64,000 bases of DNA from an uncultured Eubacteriales bacterium (GTDB taxonomy: Bacteria; Bacillota; Clostridia; Oscillospirales; Acutalibacteraceae): the NCBI GenBank assembly GCA_934464585.1, contig CAKSJY010000004.1:8092-72091 (forward strand), written 5' to 3'. Shown here one piece after another: positions 49,251 through 58,199 of the stretch. Numbering within the stretch: the stretch's first letter is position 1; each line of letters opens with the position of its first letter. Below the pieces are notes generated by a model. That model saw nothing but the letters and a program-made list of their open reading frames with translations, ran no database searches and was not told the origin of the DNA. Position numbers and translations under genes: made by a program.

Positions 49251-49440
49251 TCATTTCTATAAATTTATTCTCGTCAAAATTTTCGTTTATACCTTCTTCA
49301 ATTCCTTCCGGTTCCTCATCCAAAAGCATATGAATATAACAATATATATAATCACCCTCACACATGTTTCTGGCGTCATAGGATGTTGGAAGTGATCCAA
49401 ACCTTTTTAAAACTTCATAGCATATCCTTTGTTTTGGCAA
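49225..49440 (-). CDS. tail assembly chaperone, -1 frameshift extension (GT-like)
   Basis: The acidic 71-aa ORF is in the -1 frame relative to 49443..49835. It is reachable by slippage on the A9 run at the end of that gene. Confidence 0.6.
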   Translation of the reverse strand: MPKQRICYEVLKRFGSLPTSYDARNMCEGDYIYCYIHMLLDEEPEGIEEGINENFDENKFIEMSGDSVDDI

Positions 49441-49442
49441 AC

Positions 49443-49457
49443 TTAGTTTTTTTTTAA
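49443..49457 (-). other. programmed -1 ribosomal frameshift site (slippery TTA AAA AAA AAC TAA)
   Basis: Nine consecutive A residues on the minus strand (49447-49455) lie immediately before the stop codon. The -1 frame is open from there into 49225..49440. Confidence 0.6.
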
Positions 49458-49835
49458 GTTTCGCACTACACTTGGTGTAAGCTTATCAAATGTTAAAAAA
49501 TTCTTCTGTAGTTCAGCATATTTATTAGCTACCTTTAAAAGCTCTTCTGGAGTTAAAATAGAAAGTGCATTAAATCCATCCTTAAATACAAGTTTATCCT
49601 TTTCGTCATACAAACAAAGCGATGTAAGCACCGCATTTTCTGCCACAGATTTAGAAATCCTTTGGTCTGCACCATCAGCAATAAGTCTTTCCAAAAGTTT
49701 TCTTGATTCTTTTTCGCATAAAATTGCTTCATATACTGATAAAAGACTTATATAAAACACTCCGGACAAAAGCTCTATAGGTTCTCTTGTAAACTTTCCA
49801 CCAAGAAGTTGTCTTCCTACTCTCTTTTTCATCAT
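49443..49835 (-). CDS. tail assembly chaperone (XkdN-like)
   Basis: 130 aa, placed directly after the tube gene and ending in the slippery A-run. Confidence 0.65.
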   Translation of the reverse strand: MMKKRVGRQLLGGKFTREPIELLSGVFYISLLSVYEAILCEKESRKLLERLIADGADQRISKSVAENAVLTSLCLYDEKDKLVFKDGFNALSILTPEELLKVANKYAELQKNFLTFDKLTPSVVRNLKKN

Positions 49836-50221
49836 AATATTTCCATCCTTTTTGCAGCAATAATTTGTACATCTTCAAGTATGGTATCATTAAGCGATGC
49901 TGACTCTTTTATATCAAACCACTCACATCCGGAATAAACTATTCTTCTGTCAGGTTTTACTATAACCAAATTAAAATTATGTAAATCAAAAAAATTTACT
50001 GCGGTATCTGATTGGCCGTCAAAATACATATAAACCCTAGATAAACTTATAACATGCTTTATTCTACCGGATACTGTACCAACAGGTTCTTTTTCTCCAA
50101 AAGCTTCAATATATCTGCTGTTTTGACTTGATTGAGCCTTATAGCTTTCAACAACCGCAAGCTTTTTTCCGTTTACCTCTATATAGATATCCTGACTTGT
50201 TGGAAATACAGCCTTTAACAT
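49832..50221 (-). CDS. contractile tail tube protein (XkdM-like)
   Basis: 129 aa, immediately downstream of the sheath gene. Confidence 0.7.
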   Translation of the reverse strand: MLKAVFPTSQDIYIEVNGKKLAVVESYKAQSSQNSRYIEAFGEKEPVGTVSGRIKHVISLSRVYMYFDGQSDTAVNFFDLHNFNLVIVKPDRRIVYSGCEWFDIKESASLNDTILEDVQIIAAKRMEIL

Positions 50222-50233
50222 ATAGTCTCACCC

Positions 50234-51289
50234 CTAAACTTTTATATTTGCTGAAATAATAATTTGATTTAATCCATGTGAAACTGTAAAAGATACTTCC
50301 ACAATACACACAGTCGCATCTTGGTCCGACACACTTATATTAGGTTGCTGGTAATCTACAATTATTCCGCTGTCTTTATATTCCTGAAGTTTTATAACTG
50401 TCTGAGTCGCAATCGCAGAACGTGTTGTAACATTATTTTTCCCACCTAAAAGATTGTTTTTAAGCATATCTCTAAGGCCTGGAATTACTTCATCTATTAT
50501 TAAAACTGTATTTATGTCTTTAAATGTTGTATCAAAAACACCGTCTGTCGTTGTTTTGGATGTAACAAGCCTGATTATTTCGGCCTCATCTAAAACACAT
50601 TCCAATGGTGTAATACCGTTTGTTATATATGTATCTATATCATCCTCATCAAGTGTAGGAGAAATTCCCTTTATGCCACTTAAAGTCTTTGTATTAAATG
50701 ACGAAGACGGATCTACATTTCCGGAAATCACACCGGCTAAAGCCGCAGCCAACAAATTTCCGGAAAGTTCTTTTAAGCTTTCATCAAGTGGAATTTGTGA
50801 AAGCAATATCATCCTTTCGCAATTTAGGCCTTGTGCCCAACTCTTCACGCTATCTATATTTTCATATTTACCGAAAGAAACTATCCCCAGTCGTTCCTTT
50901 TGATTCTTTGAGCAATTAAGTATACTTGTTTTTAAAAGGTTATGTACCGTAGGACTTGTACTGTCACAAACAACAGTATAAATACCATTTTGTGTTTCTA
51001 ATGTACTAAAAGCTGCCTCGTAATCACAGCTTGTACTTGTACCAGCCGAAACTGCCATGACTTCCGAAGCGCCGTTTTTCAGTGCCATACAGCAAAGAGA
51101 GTACATCTCGCCCTCGACACCAAAAATAGTTTCAGCATCTACTGCCTTGGTTATTTTGTGAACTACATTAGCTTCAGCACTATTTAGTGCTACTATACCA
51201 ACTGCCTTACCTTTGCCATTCGACCATATTACTCCGGAGGTATTATAATCTGAATAAACTCCCGGCCTTTGATGTGCAATTACCGACAT
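50234..51289 (-). CDS. contractile tail sheath protein (XkdK-like)
   Basis: The N-terminus HQRPGVYSDYNTSG...GKAVGIVA is typical of sheath proteins. 351 aa. Confidence 0.8.
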   Translation of the reverse strand: MSVIAHQRPGVYSDYNTSGVIWSNGKGKAVGIVALNSAEANVVHKITKAVDAETIFGVEGEMYSLCCMALKNGASEVMAVSAGTSTSCDYEAAFSTLETQNGIYTVVCDSTSPTVHNLLKTSILNCSKNQKERLGIVSFGKYENIDSVKSWAQGLNCERMILLSQIPLDESLKELSGNLLAAALAGVISGNVDPSSSFNTKTLSGIKGISPTLDEDDIDTYITNGITPLECVLDEAEIIRLVTSKTTTDGVFDTTFKDINTVLIIDEVIPGLRDMLKNNLLGGKNNVTTRSAIATQTVIKLQEYKDSGIIVDYQQPNISVSDQDATVCIVEVSFTVSHGLNQIIISANIKV

Positions 51290-51783
51290 TATATTTCTCC
51301 CTTCACTTGAATATCACTTATTTCTATTTCTTCATTTGACTTACCTATAAATATTCTCATTTTCAACAAACAATCTAAAAAGTACACCTCTGAACTTTTA
51401 TCAAATCCTACCTCTTTGCAATTTATTTTATAAATTTGTTTCAAATCCGGATCTAAAAATAGGCAATCAAATATTTTAGAAAAAATATCTGAACAATTGT
51501 TGCTACCTAAAAATTTAGGTGAATTTATTCTCAGCAGAACAGTCATGGAACAATTTTTACCAAACACATCTTTTCCGCATGATTGACCAAAGTAGTTTCC
51601 AAACGCTCGATCAGACGAATCCACTTCTGAAATTCCGATAGTCACATAACTACTTCTAATTGGATTAGGTCGCTTTACCGCTCTATATGAGTTTATAAAA
51701 CCTACTTCTGAAAGTTCTTCATCTGCTGATAATTTGTTTTTTATATCCTCTGCAATCTCATCAAATATTCCCATCATATCCAC
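51289..51783 (-). CDS. neck/tail-completion protein
   Basis: The call rests on its position between the head-closure and sheath genes only. Confidence 0.4.
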   Translation of the reverse strand: MDMMGIFDEIAEDIKNKLSADEELSEVGFINSYRAVKRPNPIRSSYVTIGISEVDSSDRAFGNYFGQSCGKDVFGKNCSMTVLLRINSPKFLGSNNCSDIFSKIFDCLFLDPDLKQIYKINCKEVGFDKSSEVYFLDCLLKMRIFIGKSNEEIEISDIQVKGEI

Positions 51784-51792
51784 CCTTTACAT

Positions 51793-52152
51793 TTAAGTTA
51801 TATTGTCGTCAGGCACATATTTCTGCAATATAGCCCAAATATACAAAACTTCATCCGCTAAGCATATTTTCTCTGCTCTTTTTATTGTATATAAATCACC
51901 ATTACACCTTAAAGTAGTGTCAATTGGGAATGTATCTATCCTAACATCCGGCATACCGGTATATATAAATGTATTTATATCTGCAATACCCAATTTTAGG
52001 TATTGATAACCAAATGTATTTTTATCTACATATCTGCTGGGTTGAATCATCGCTTTTGTAGTCGCTTTTAGGTTATTTAAGCCGTCTAATACCTCAACAG
52101 TACTCCCGTGTTGTTTGATTAGAGACCTTACTGTTGTATCACGTCCCATCAT
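51793..52152 (-). CDS. head-tail adaptor / head-closure protein
   Basis: The call rests on position only. It overlaps the connector gene by 4 nt. Confidence 0.4.
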   Translation of the reverse strand: MMGRDTTVRSLIKQHGSTVEVLDGLNNLKATTKAMIQPSRYVDKNTFGYQYLKLGIADINTFIYTGMPDVRIDTFPIDTTLRCNGDLYTIKRAEKICLADEVLYIWAILQKYVPDDNIT

Positions 52153-52529
52153 ACGATGCTCACCCTTTCTGCCAAAAACTCATTATCATTTATTAAATCC
52201 AATATAAGTGCTTTGGCATCTAGCCATACTCTATATGCTAAATCAACCATTGTTTTTTTATCGATGGTAACCTTTATGTCTCCCGCTGCAAAATCGTTCA
52301 TGCCTTCTCCTGAAGCCCTATACACCGTATATCTATAATAAACCAAGGCGGCGGCAGCGGCATTAAGCCGCATGCCATTTTGTTCTTCTGTCAATGGGTC
52401 CTTAAGCATTCTTCTTATATCTTCTTCCGCCTCGCTACAAATAGGTAACCACGGTGATACTTCTTCGTCACTTAGAGATGCTATTAATGCGAACCTTTTT
52501 AATATCTCCTGTATATCCAAGTAGCTCAC
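52149..52529 (-). CDS. gp6-like head-tail connector protein
   Basis: The N-terminus SYLDIQEILKRFALIASLSDEEVSPWLPICSEAEEDIRRML resembles the phage gp6-like connector family. It follows the capsid gene. Confidence 0.6.
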   Translation of the reverse strand: MSYLDIQEILKRFALIASLSDEEVSPWLPICSEAEEDIRRMLKDPLTEEQNGMRLNAAAAALVYYRYTVYRASGEGMNDFAAGDIKVTIDKKTMVDLAYRVWLDAKALILDLINDNEFLAERVSIV

Positions 52530-52542
52530 CTCTTATACAAAA

Positions 52543-53544
52543 TTACCAAGTTAATTTTTTAGTAGCATCTGCAAAAATCTTTGCAAAACCTGTAATACTA
52601 CTTACAGATGCTCTTTCAAGCTGTCTGTCGATTAACTTATCGTAATCAACTATAACATCGCCTGCTTGAACCATTTCAAGTGCACAATTTCTATCGATAC
52701 CTATAATTGTTTCGGCTGTTACTGATGGTACATGAACTAAAGTAGCCCCAAGTGGTGTAACAAGTTTACCAGTACCTTGGAAATTAAGTCCTGCTTGAGC
52801 ATCCTTCATATCTTCAAGATTTAAAATAGTTTGCATTGTTGCAGTTGAAGCCAACATTGTATTTAGTTCATATGGTGATAAACTTGCCCAAAGTTTTACA
52901 AGATCTGAATATGTAAGAGTATCAGCGGTTGCTGAAGATACTTGGCCTGCTGCATTGTTGTTTCCATCACCATTTAGTAATACATCAACAGCATCGTCTA
53001 GCTGCGCTCTTGCAATACAAGCACCAATTCTTTTTAGGCTTACTGTAAACAAGTCAAGGTGTTGGAATCTTAATGCTTCATAGGAAGCTACAAGCATTCT
53101 ACCTCTTTTATTTAACCTAATTAAGTTATCTTGTGTACGGATATTAGTTTTAGGTAATTCAGCACCCTCTGCAATATTTGTTGCATCAGTTTCATCTTCT
53201 GAAACAATCCCTCTATAGTCAAGGCCTTCTATTTTTGTAGTTGTTGCAACAATCGAAGGTAGCATATTATTTTCTTCGATACCTTGTCTTACTGCTCTTA
53301 CAATGTATTCAGGAAATAGCACTGCTGAATCTGATGTTTGGAAGAATTTATCGATAACATCTGAATTTGTGCCGCAAACCTTAATATTAAAACGTTTTAG
53401 CTGACGTTCAAAAGCATCTAAACCTGCTAGCTCTGTATTTTCATAATTTTCTGATGGGTCTAAAACCTCCAAATTTTGAGTAAAACTGTTTTTACCTGTA
53501 TTGTACATACCTTTTTCAAGTTTTATTGAATCATAAAATGCCAT
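52543..53544 (-). CDS. major capsid protein
   Basis: 333 aa, in the XkdG position after the protease/scaffold and the small DUF2190-like gene. It has a strong RBS. Confidence 0.7.
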   Translation of the reverse strand: MAFYDSIKLEKGMYNTGKNSFTQNLEVLDPSENYENTELAGLDAFERQLKRFNIKVCGTNSDVIDKFFQTSDSAVLFPEYIVRAVRQGIEENNMLPSIVATTTKIEGLDYRGIVSEDETDATNIAEGAELPKTNIRTQDNLIRLNKRGRMLVASYEALRFQHLDLFTVSLKRIGACIARAQLDDAVDVLLNGDGNNNAAGQVSSATADTLTYSDLVKLWASLSPYELNTMLASTATMQTILNLEDMKDAQAGLNFQGTGKLVTPLGATLVHVPSVTAETIIGIDRNCALEMVQAGDVIVDYDKLIDRQLERASVSSITGFAKIFADATKKLTW

Positions 53545-53567
53545 AATTTTTTCCTCCTAAATTTTAT

Positions 53568-53912
53568 TTATAAAATAATGCCTGTTGTTGCGCTTGTTGA
53601 ATCGATATCCATAACTAAGATTTGTCTTCCCTTTTCACTATCGGCTTTTACCTTATTAGAACCATCTGAAGACAATGATTGATAACCCAATGCTGTAAAT
53701 GTACCACTATATGGTAATGTTACATATCCACCAACTTTTACTGCAGCATATCCATTGTTTACAGATAAAACTACGCCACAAAATGTGTTAGTATTTGCAC
53801 ATTTTTCTACTGTCTTATTTGCACTTATTTTTACTAAATCTCCCTTTTTAACCCCAGACGCTGCGATTAAAGTTACTACCTTATCTTCATATCCACTTAA
53901 AGAAACACTCAT
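53568..53912 (-). CDS. small head-associated protein (DUF2190-like)
   Basis: 114 aa, beta-rich, placed between the scaffold/protease and capsid genes. Confidence 0.45.
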   Translation of the reverse strand: MSVSLSGYEDKVVTLIAASGVKKGDLVKISANKTVEKCANTNTFCGVVLSVNNGYAAVKVGGYVTLPYSGTFTALGYQSLSSDGSNKVKADSEKGRQILVMDIDSTSATTGIIL

Positions 53913-53926
53913 TACAATCTCTCCTT

Positions 53927-54928
53927 TTAAATTTTAAATTCAGTATTTGTATTTTTCTTTTTTTCTGTTTTTTTAGGTAACAATTGTGGTTTAAATACGT
54001 TATATTCCAAAGACTTCTTCTCAAAAGCATTTTTAAAACTTTTCAATTCAGATATGTCCATTTTATCGGCAACACTTTTCATTGTTTCAATGCATATACC
54101 ACTTTCTGAACCAGCACAAAGCCTTATAACTTCTCTTTTTAAATCCTCTTTATATTGTTTGCCATCTTCTGCTTCTTGTTTTAGCGATTTAATTAATTCA
54201 TATAGATTTTCTGAATCGCTGCTACTAAGTGTAATTTCCTCTTTATTCTGTAAGCTTTTTAAGATATTTTCCATTCCTATATCACTCCTTTCTACACCAT
54301 TAAACTTTTTAATAACCCCTGCCCCTTTTTGTGCCGGAACCGCCACAAATGACCATTCATAGGCATCATATGGTTCAGATAACACATGGTAGCAAAACTT
54401 CTCCTCATTACCCACCTTATAGACATTCCCTTTTTGGTGGTTGCATCGGGACTTTCGTAAATTCTTAGAACATATTGAACAAAACTTTTCCTTAACTGCA
54501 CAACTAACACTTACTTCTTTCTTTATTCCTGAATCTATATCGGTAATAAAGTCTTTATTCTTGTCAGTTCTTGGCGTATATGCCCTTGCTGCAAGCCTGA
54601 AATAAGGTTGTCCTAAAGAGTTAACGACCCCTGGTACTTCCTCTACCTTACATGAAATAATCCTTGCTTTTTGGTTTTCAGCTTTCATGTTATGGTCCAA
54701 TATACCTGTTTTCCCAACAAACAGCTCAGATAACTTCACCAAGGCTTCCTTTGTAAACATCTCACCATCTCTGTCGACTTCATTGTCGCAAAGCACAACC
54801 GAAAAAATATATACATCTGATTCTTCAAATTTTCTTCTTGTATACTTATTAACAAGCTCCATTTCATTTGATATATTCTCGGTATTCTCTTCGCTTTTTA
54901 ATATGTAACCGCTTTTCACCTTTATCAC
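53927..54928 (-). CDS. prohead protease/scaffold fusion (XkdF-like)
   Basis: It sits after the portal gene. The N-terminal domain carries VYIFSVVLCDNEVDRDGEMFTKEAL and the C-terminal tail is a charged coiled-coil scaffold-like region. An internal Cys cluster reads C-x6-C-x2-C-x8-C. Confidence 0.55.
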   Translation of the reverse strand: MIKVKSGYILKSEENTENISNEMELVNKYTRRKFEESDVYIFSVVLCDNEVDRDGEMFTKEALVKLSELFVGKTGILDHNMKAENQKARIISCKVEEVPGVVNSLGQPYFRLAARAYTPRTDKNKDFITDIDSGIKKEVSVSCAVKEKFCSICSKNLRKSRCNHQKGNVYKVGNEEKFCYHVLSEPYDAYEWSFVAVPAQKGAGVIKKFNGVERSDIGMENILKSLQNKEEITLSSSDSENLYELIKSLKQEAEDGKQYKEDLKREVIRLCAGSESGICIETMKSVADKMDISELKSFKNAFEKKSLEYNVFKPQLLPKKTEKKKNTNTEFKI

Positions 54929-54980
54929 CTCACCGTTTTAAACGTTAAATATATAAATAACACACTATAATGTGTGATAT

Positions 54981-56126
54981 TTATTCACTAAGTCTTTTTT
55001 CTATTTCCATAGCCCTTGCCTCTAAAAGTCTCGCATTTGCTACTTGGACTCTATCTTGTAGATTTATATCACTCCACTTTATCTCATACTCAGTAAATAA
55101 ACCTTTTGAAACAAGCCACATATTGCAGATTTTTCTTATAACAGGATTTAATATTCTTCTGTATGCATTAAGTTCACTTGTAAGTAAATCAGCTTGTTGA
55201 GTAGACATTCTTTCCGACGTTGACCAGGAAAGTCCTAAAAAACACGGTGGTATTGATAATTTTGCTACTATCTGCTCTAACATCTGCTTTACCGGTACAA
55301 GACTATCTAATATCTGATTATCAGCACCTATCACCTTAATATCTACATCGCCAACTGCAACAAAATCATTTATTCCTCCGTCACTTCTCATGGTTTTGCT
55401 CCATTCGGTAGCTATTTGCATCGCTCTCTCTTTTGCATAGGCTCTTTCTGCAGCATCATTTCCAGGTTTGTATGTAACAGCAAAACGTATATTTCCAACT
55501 CTCTCCCAGTTCACACCAATGCTATGATAAATTTTTAAGAGTATATTGCTAACAAACGGTAACCCTTTTAAAATCGATGTACCATATATTTCACCCGGAA
55601 GCGGATTTAATGTTGAAACCAAAACGAGTTCTTTATTTCTAATAGGAAATGCCTTATCTCCATCTTTTTTACAAATAATTAAATCCATTGGATTATTGTC
55701 TACTCTAAGTTCTACATCTCTTAGATCTGCGTTATATAATGCCATGTCCTGACTTCCACATTCATATGGAATAATTTCACCAATTGCCGTACCATATGTT
55801 AAAAGTTGATCCATATAAGTGCTTATAAAGCTCTGTATTCCCTGGCCACTTGCACCAACCTTTACATATTGAAAAAAATCTTTTAATTGCTTCTCAATTT
55901 TTTTGTTCTCACATTCAATATCAAAATACCCCATAAGCCTAATCGTTTTGCAGATAGCCGAATCTATTATCGGAACTGCTTCTCTTAGCGATTCATACAA
56001 TCTTACCTCTGTGTCTGAAAGCGGAACATATCGGTTAAGAGCCGAAAACGGATGTACCGTTTCAGATTTCGACGGTGCCGTTTGTACAATATTTTGAGAC
56101 TTTTTTACTTTCTTAAATAAATTCAT
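54981..56126 (-). CDS. portal protein
   Basis: 381 aa, immediately downstream of TerL. The size and position are typical of a portal. Confidence 0.7.
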   Translation of the reverse strand: MNLFKKVKKSQNIVQTAPSKSETVHPFSALNRYVPLSDTEVRLYESLREAVPIIDSAICKTIRLMGYFDIECENKKIEKQLKDFFQYVKVGASGQGIQSFISTYMDQLLTYGTAIGEIIPYECGSQDMALYNADLRDVELRVDNNPMDLIICKKDGDKAFPIRNKELVLVSTLNPLPGEIYGTSILKGLPFVSNILLKIYHSIGVNWERVGNIRFAVTYKPGNDAAERAYAKERAMQIATEWSKTMRSDGGINDFVAVGDVDIKVIGADNQILDSLVPVKQMLEQIVAKLSIPPCFLGLSWSTSERMSTQQADLLTSELNAYRRILNPVIRKICNMWLVSKGLFTEYEIKWSDINLQDRVQVANARLLEARAMEIEKRLSE

Positions 56127-56137
56127 ATTTTCCTCCC

Positions 56138-57394
56138 TTATCTTCTTGATGCCACAACAAAAAAGCCACTACTTTCACTTGATAATATTGTTGTGACAAA
56201 ATATCTTATATCATCCATTGCATGGTCATTTTCTTTTATTGGTACGTCTTTACCGACTGTATTTTCCCAACGATACAGACCGAATTCCCTTATGCTGTCT
56301 GAACAGGTATTGCAAATCTTTATTTTCCCTTGTTTTAATACTGTAGATACTTCCCTTATTCCATCGACTACATTGTTTTTAGCCGGTATAACTCTAAATT
56401 TATTTTTCTTGTTAATAAGCGTAATAAAACTTGCAGCTGATGGATCAACTGTAACAACATCTATATCCAAACCATCGGAAAGTTCTAAAAGTGCATTATA
56501 ATGTTCCTCATCTGTACGTTGTATACCAATTTTTCTTGAATCGTAATAATATTCTTTTATTCTGTACCAAACTCCGTCATAGTTTCCCCATAGTCCAAAT
56601 GACGCCGGGTTTACGGTACCGTAATCACATGAAATTGCATACTTTGAACATATGCCCTTTGGCACATCACAAAACATATTACTGTTTGACATAAACGGAT
56701 ATACAGCCCCTTCTGCGGCAACCCATCTACCTTTTATAAACCTGTCATAAAACGTCCCTGTATATAAATTTTCATAACGATTTATCATTTCTTTAGAAAG
56801 TGACGGGTTGTCATCCATAGTAAAATGCAGATATAAAACTTTCTTTTCCTTTGCCTTTAATATCCATTCTCTATAGAACCAATGCCCCGGGTACTCCGGG
56901 TTACAGTTAAACCAAAATTTTGAACCTTCCACCGAGCACCTTGCTATTGCCTGTTTTACAAATGACTGTGGCATCAGTGCCACCTCATCAAACAAAACCC
57001 CGGAAAGTGTAATACCCTGGACAAGTGCCGCTGAGGATTCATCTTTACCACCAAAAATATAGAAACTATTTTTACGACCATTTTTCGTAATTTCCAATAA
57101 ATTTTGAGAGATTCTTTCTCTACAACTAAATCCCATCTCTTCCAAAATCGGTATAAGCGGTGCTATCAGGTTTCTTCTAAGTGAACGAATAGTTTTTCCA
57201 CATATAGCAAAGCTTCCTCCCTCGAACCTATAAAAAGCCCAGGCAATAAATGAAATCGACATACATAACGTCTTACCGCTTCTAACTGAGCCATCACAGA
57301 TTACCGCATCATAGTCCTTATATTTGCTGTTTTCACACCACCAAGATAGAACTTTTAACTGTTTTTCAGAAAAATTTTTAAATTTCACAATCAT
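56138..57394 (-). CDS. terminase large subunit (PBSX/XtmB-type)
   Basis: Walker A DGSVRSGKT and Walker B VLFDEV. The C-terminal nuclease segment carries TVDPSAASF and ENDHAMDDIRYF. Confidence 0.85.
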   Translation of the reverse strand: MIVKFKNFSEKQLKVLSWWCENSKYKDYDAVICDGSVRSGKTLCMSISFIAWAFYRFEGGSFAICGKTIRSLRRNLIAPLIPILEEMGFSCRERISQNLLEITKNGRKNSFYIFGGKDESSAALVQGITLSGVLFDEVALMPQSFVKQAIARCSVEGSKFWFNCNPEYPGHWFYREWILKAKEKKVLYLHFTMDDNPSLSKEMINRYENLYTGTFYDRFIKGRWVAAEGAVYPFMSNSNMFCDVPKGICSKYAISCDYGTVNPASFGLWGNYDGVWYRIKEYYYDSRKIGIQRTDEEHYNALLELSDGLDIDVVTVDPSAASFITLINKKNKFRVIPAKNNVVDGIREVSTVLKQGKIKICNTCSDSIREFGLYRWENTVGKDVPIKENDHAMDDIRYFVTTILSSESSGFFVVASRR

Positions 57395-57900
57395 TCCTCC
57401 GACTCTTTCTCTTTCGAGCTCAATGCCTTAGCACCGTTTTCCAGAGCCTTATAAAACGGAGTAACATCGTCTGCATTGTTATGACCCGAATCTCGCAATT
57501 TTTCGATTGCTGTTAATCTATCAAAAAACTTTATCTCAAGTCCCCCATCTTTATTTTTCTTTATTTCGGATATATTAAATAAATCCATATTTTCAAGCAT
57601 TTGCAATGTTGGCGTATCAGAAAACAAAAGGCTAATAGGATCTGAAATATTCCCGAATGCCAAACGCTCATAACCACTGTTGGCTTTGTTTTTAAGGTGC
57701 AGATTTTTAAGTTTATAAAGCCTTGAAATTTCATGATTTATTTCTTTTCTTGCAAGTAGCCTTATCCCAGCCCTCTCAGGTTCTCTACGATATCCTGATC
57801 TAAGCGCAGACTCTTTAACATTTCCATTATTTACATAGTTGTAACAAAAAAGCCTTTCTTTAGTACTTAAAGTTGTCGATGCCTTCTTCCTCAAATTCAT
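57391..57900 (-). CDS. terminase small subunit
   Basis: KERLFCYNYVNNGNVKESALRSGYRREPERAGIRLLARKEI is a Terminase_2-like HTH N-terminus. It overlaps TerL by 4 nt. Confidence 0.75.
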   Translation of the reverse strand: MNLRKKASTTLSTKERLFCYNYVNNGNVKESALRSGYRREPERAGIRLLARKEINHEISRLYKLKNLHLKNKANSGYERLAFGNISDPISLLFSDTPTLQMLENMDLFNISEIKKNKDGGLEIKFFDRLTAIEKLRDSGHNNADDVTPFYKALENGAKALSSKEKESEE

Positions 57901-58199
57901 CTCACTCCTTTTGTTCTCTCAATATACAGAAAAAAAGACCTGTTTTTTCCCCTCTTGAGGGCAAAAAAACAAATCTTTTTTATTTTTATCTTAAAATTAG
58001 CTCTTTTTAGCCTTTATTATCCTAAATTTATTTCTATTTTTTAACAGTAATAACTCTCTGCTCCACTCCGGTCTTGAAAACACTTTCAAAATAATATAAA
58101 ATGTATAGTCAAAATATCAAAAGAAAATGTAACATTTATCTACCTAGTAATATCAATATAAATTAATTAAATTTTCAATGCTTTTTGCTTTTAATCGCG

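Larger units (their letters stand above)
44676..57900 (-). mobile_element. PBSX-like phage-derived structural gene cluster (head plus contractile tail only)
   Basis: 21 co-oriented ORFs run TerS to tail fibre in xtm/xkd order. Intergenic gaps are no more than 52 nt and many junctions overlap by 1-4 nt. Housekeeping genes flank both sides. Confidence 0.8.

Noticed and set aside
22264-57900. Interpreting the contractile-tail cluster plus the DUF4157 protein as an extracellular contractile injection system (eCIS) with its effector.
   Set aside because: The cluster encodes terminase subunits, portal, protease/scaffold and major capsid, which eCIS loci lack. It has no AAA+ ATPase or typical eCIS cap or tail-terminator set that I could recognise. 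The DUF4157 gene is about 19 kb away and separated by unrelated housekeeping operons. I kept this only as a co-occurrence to test.
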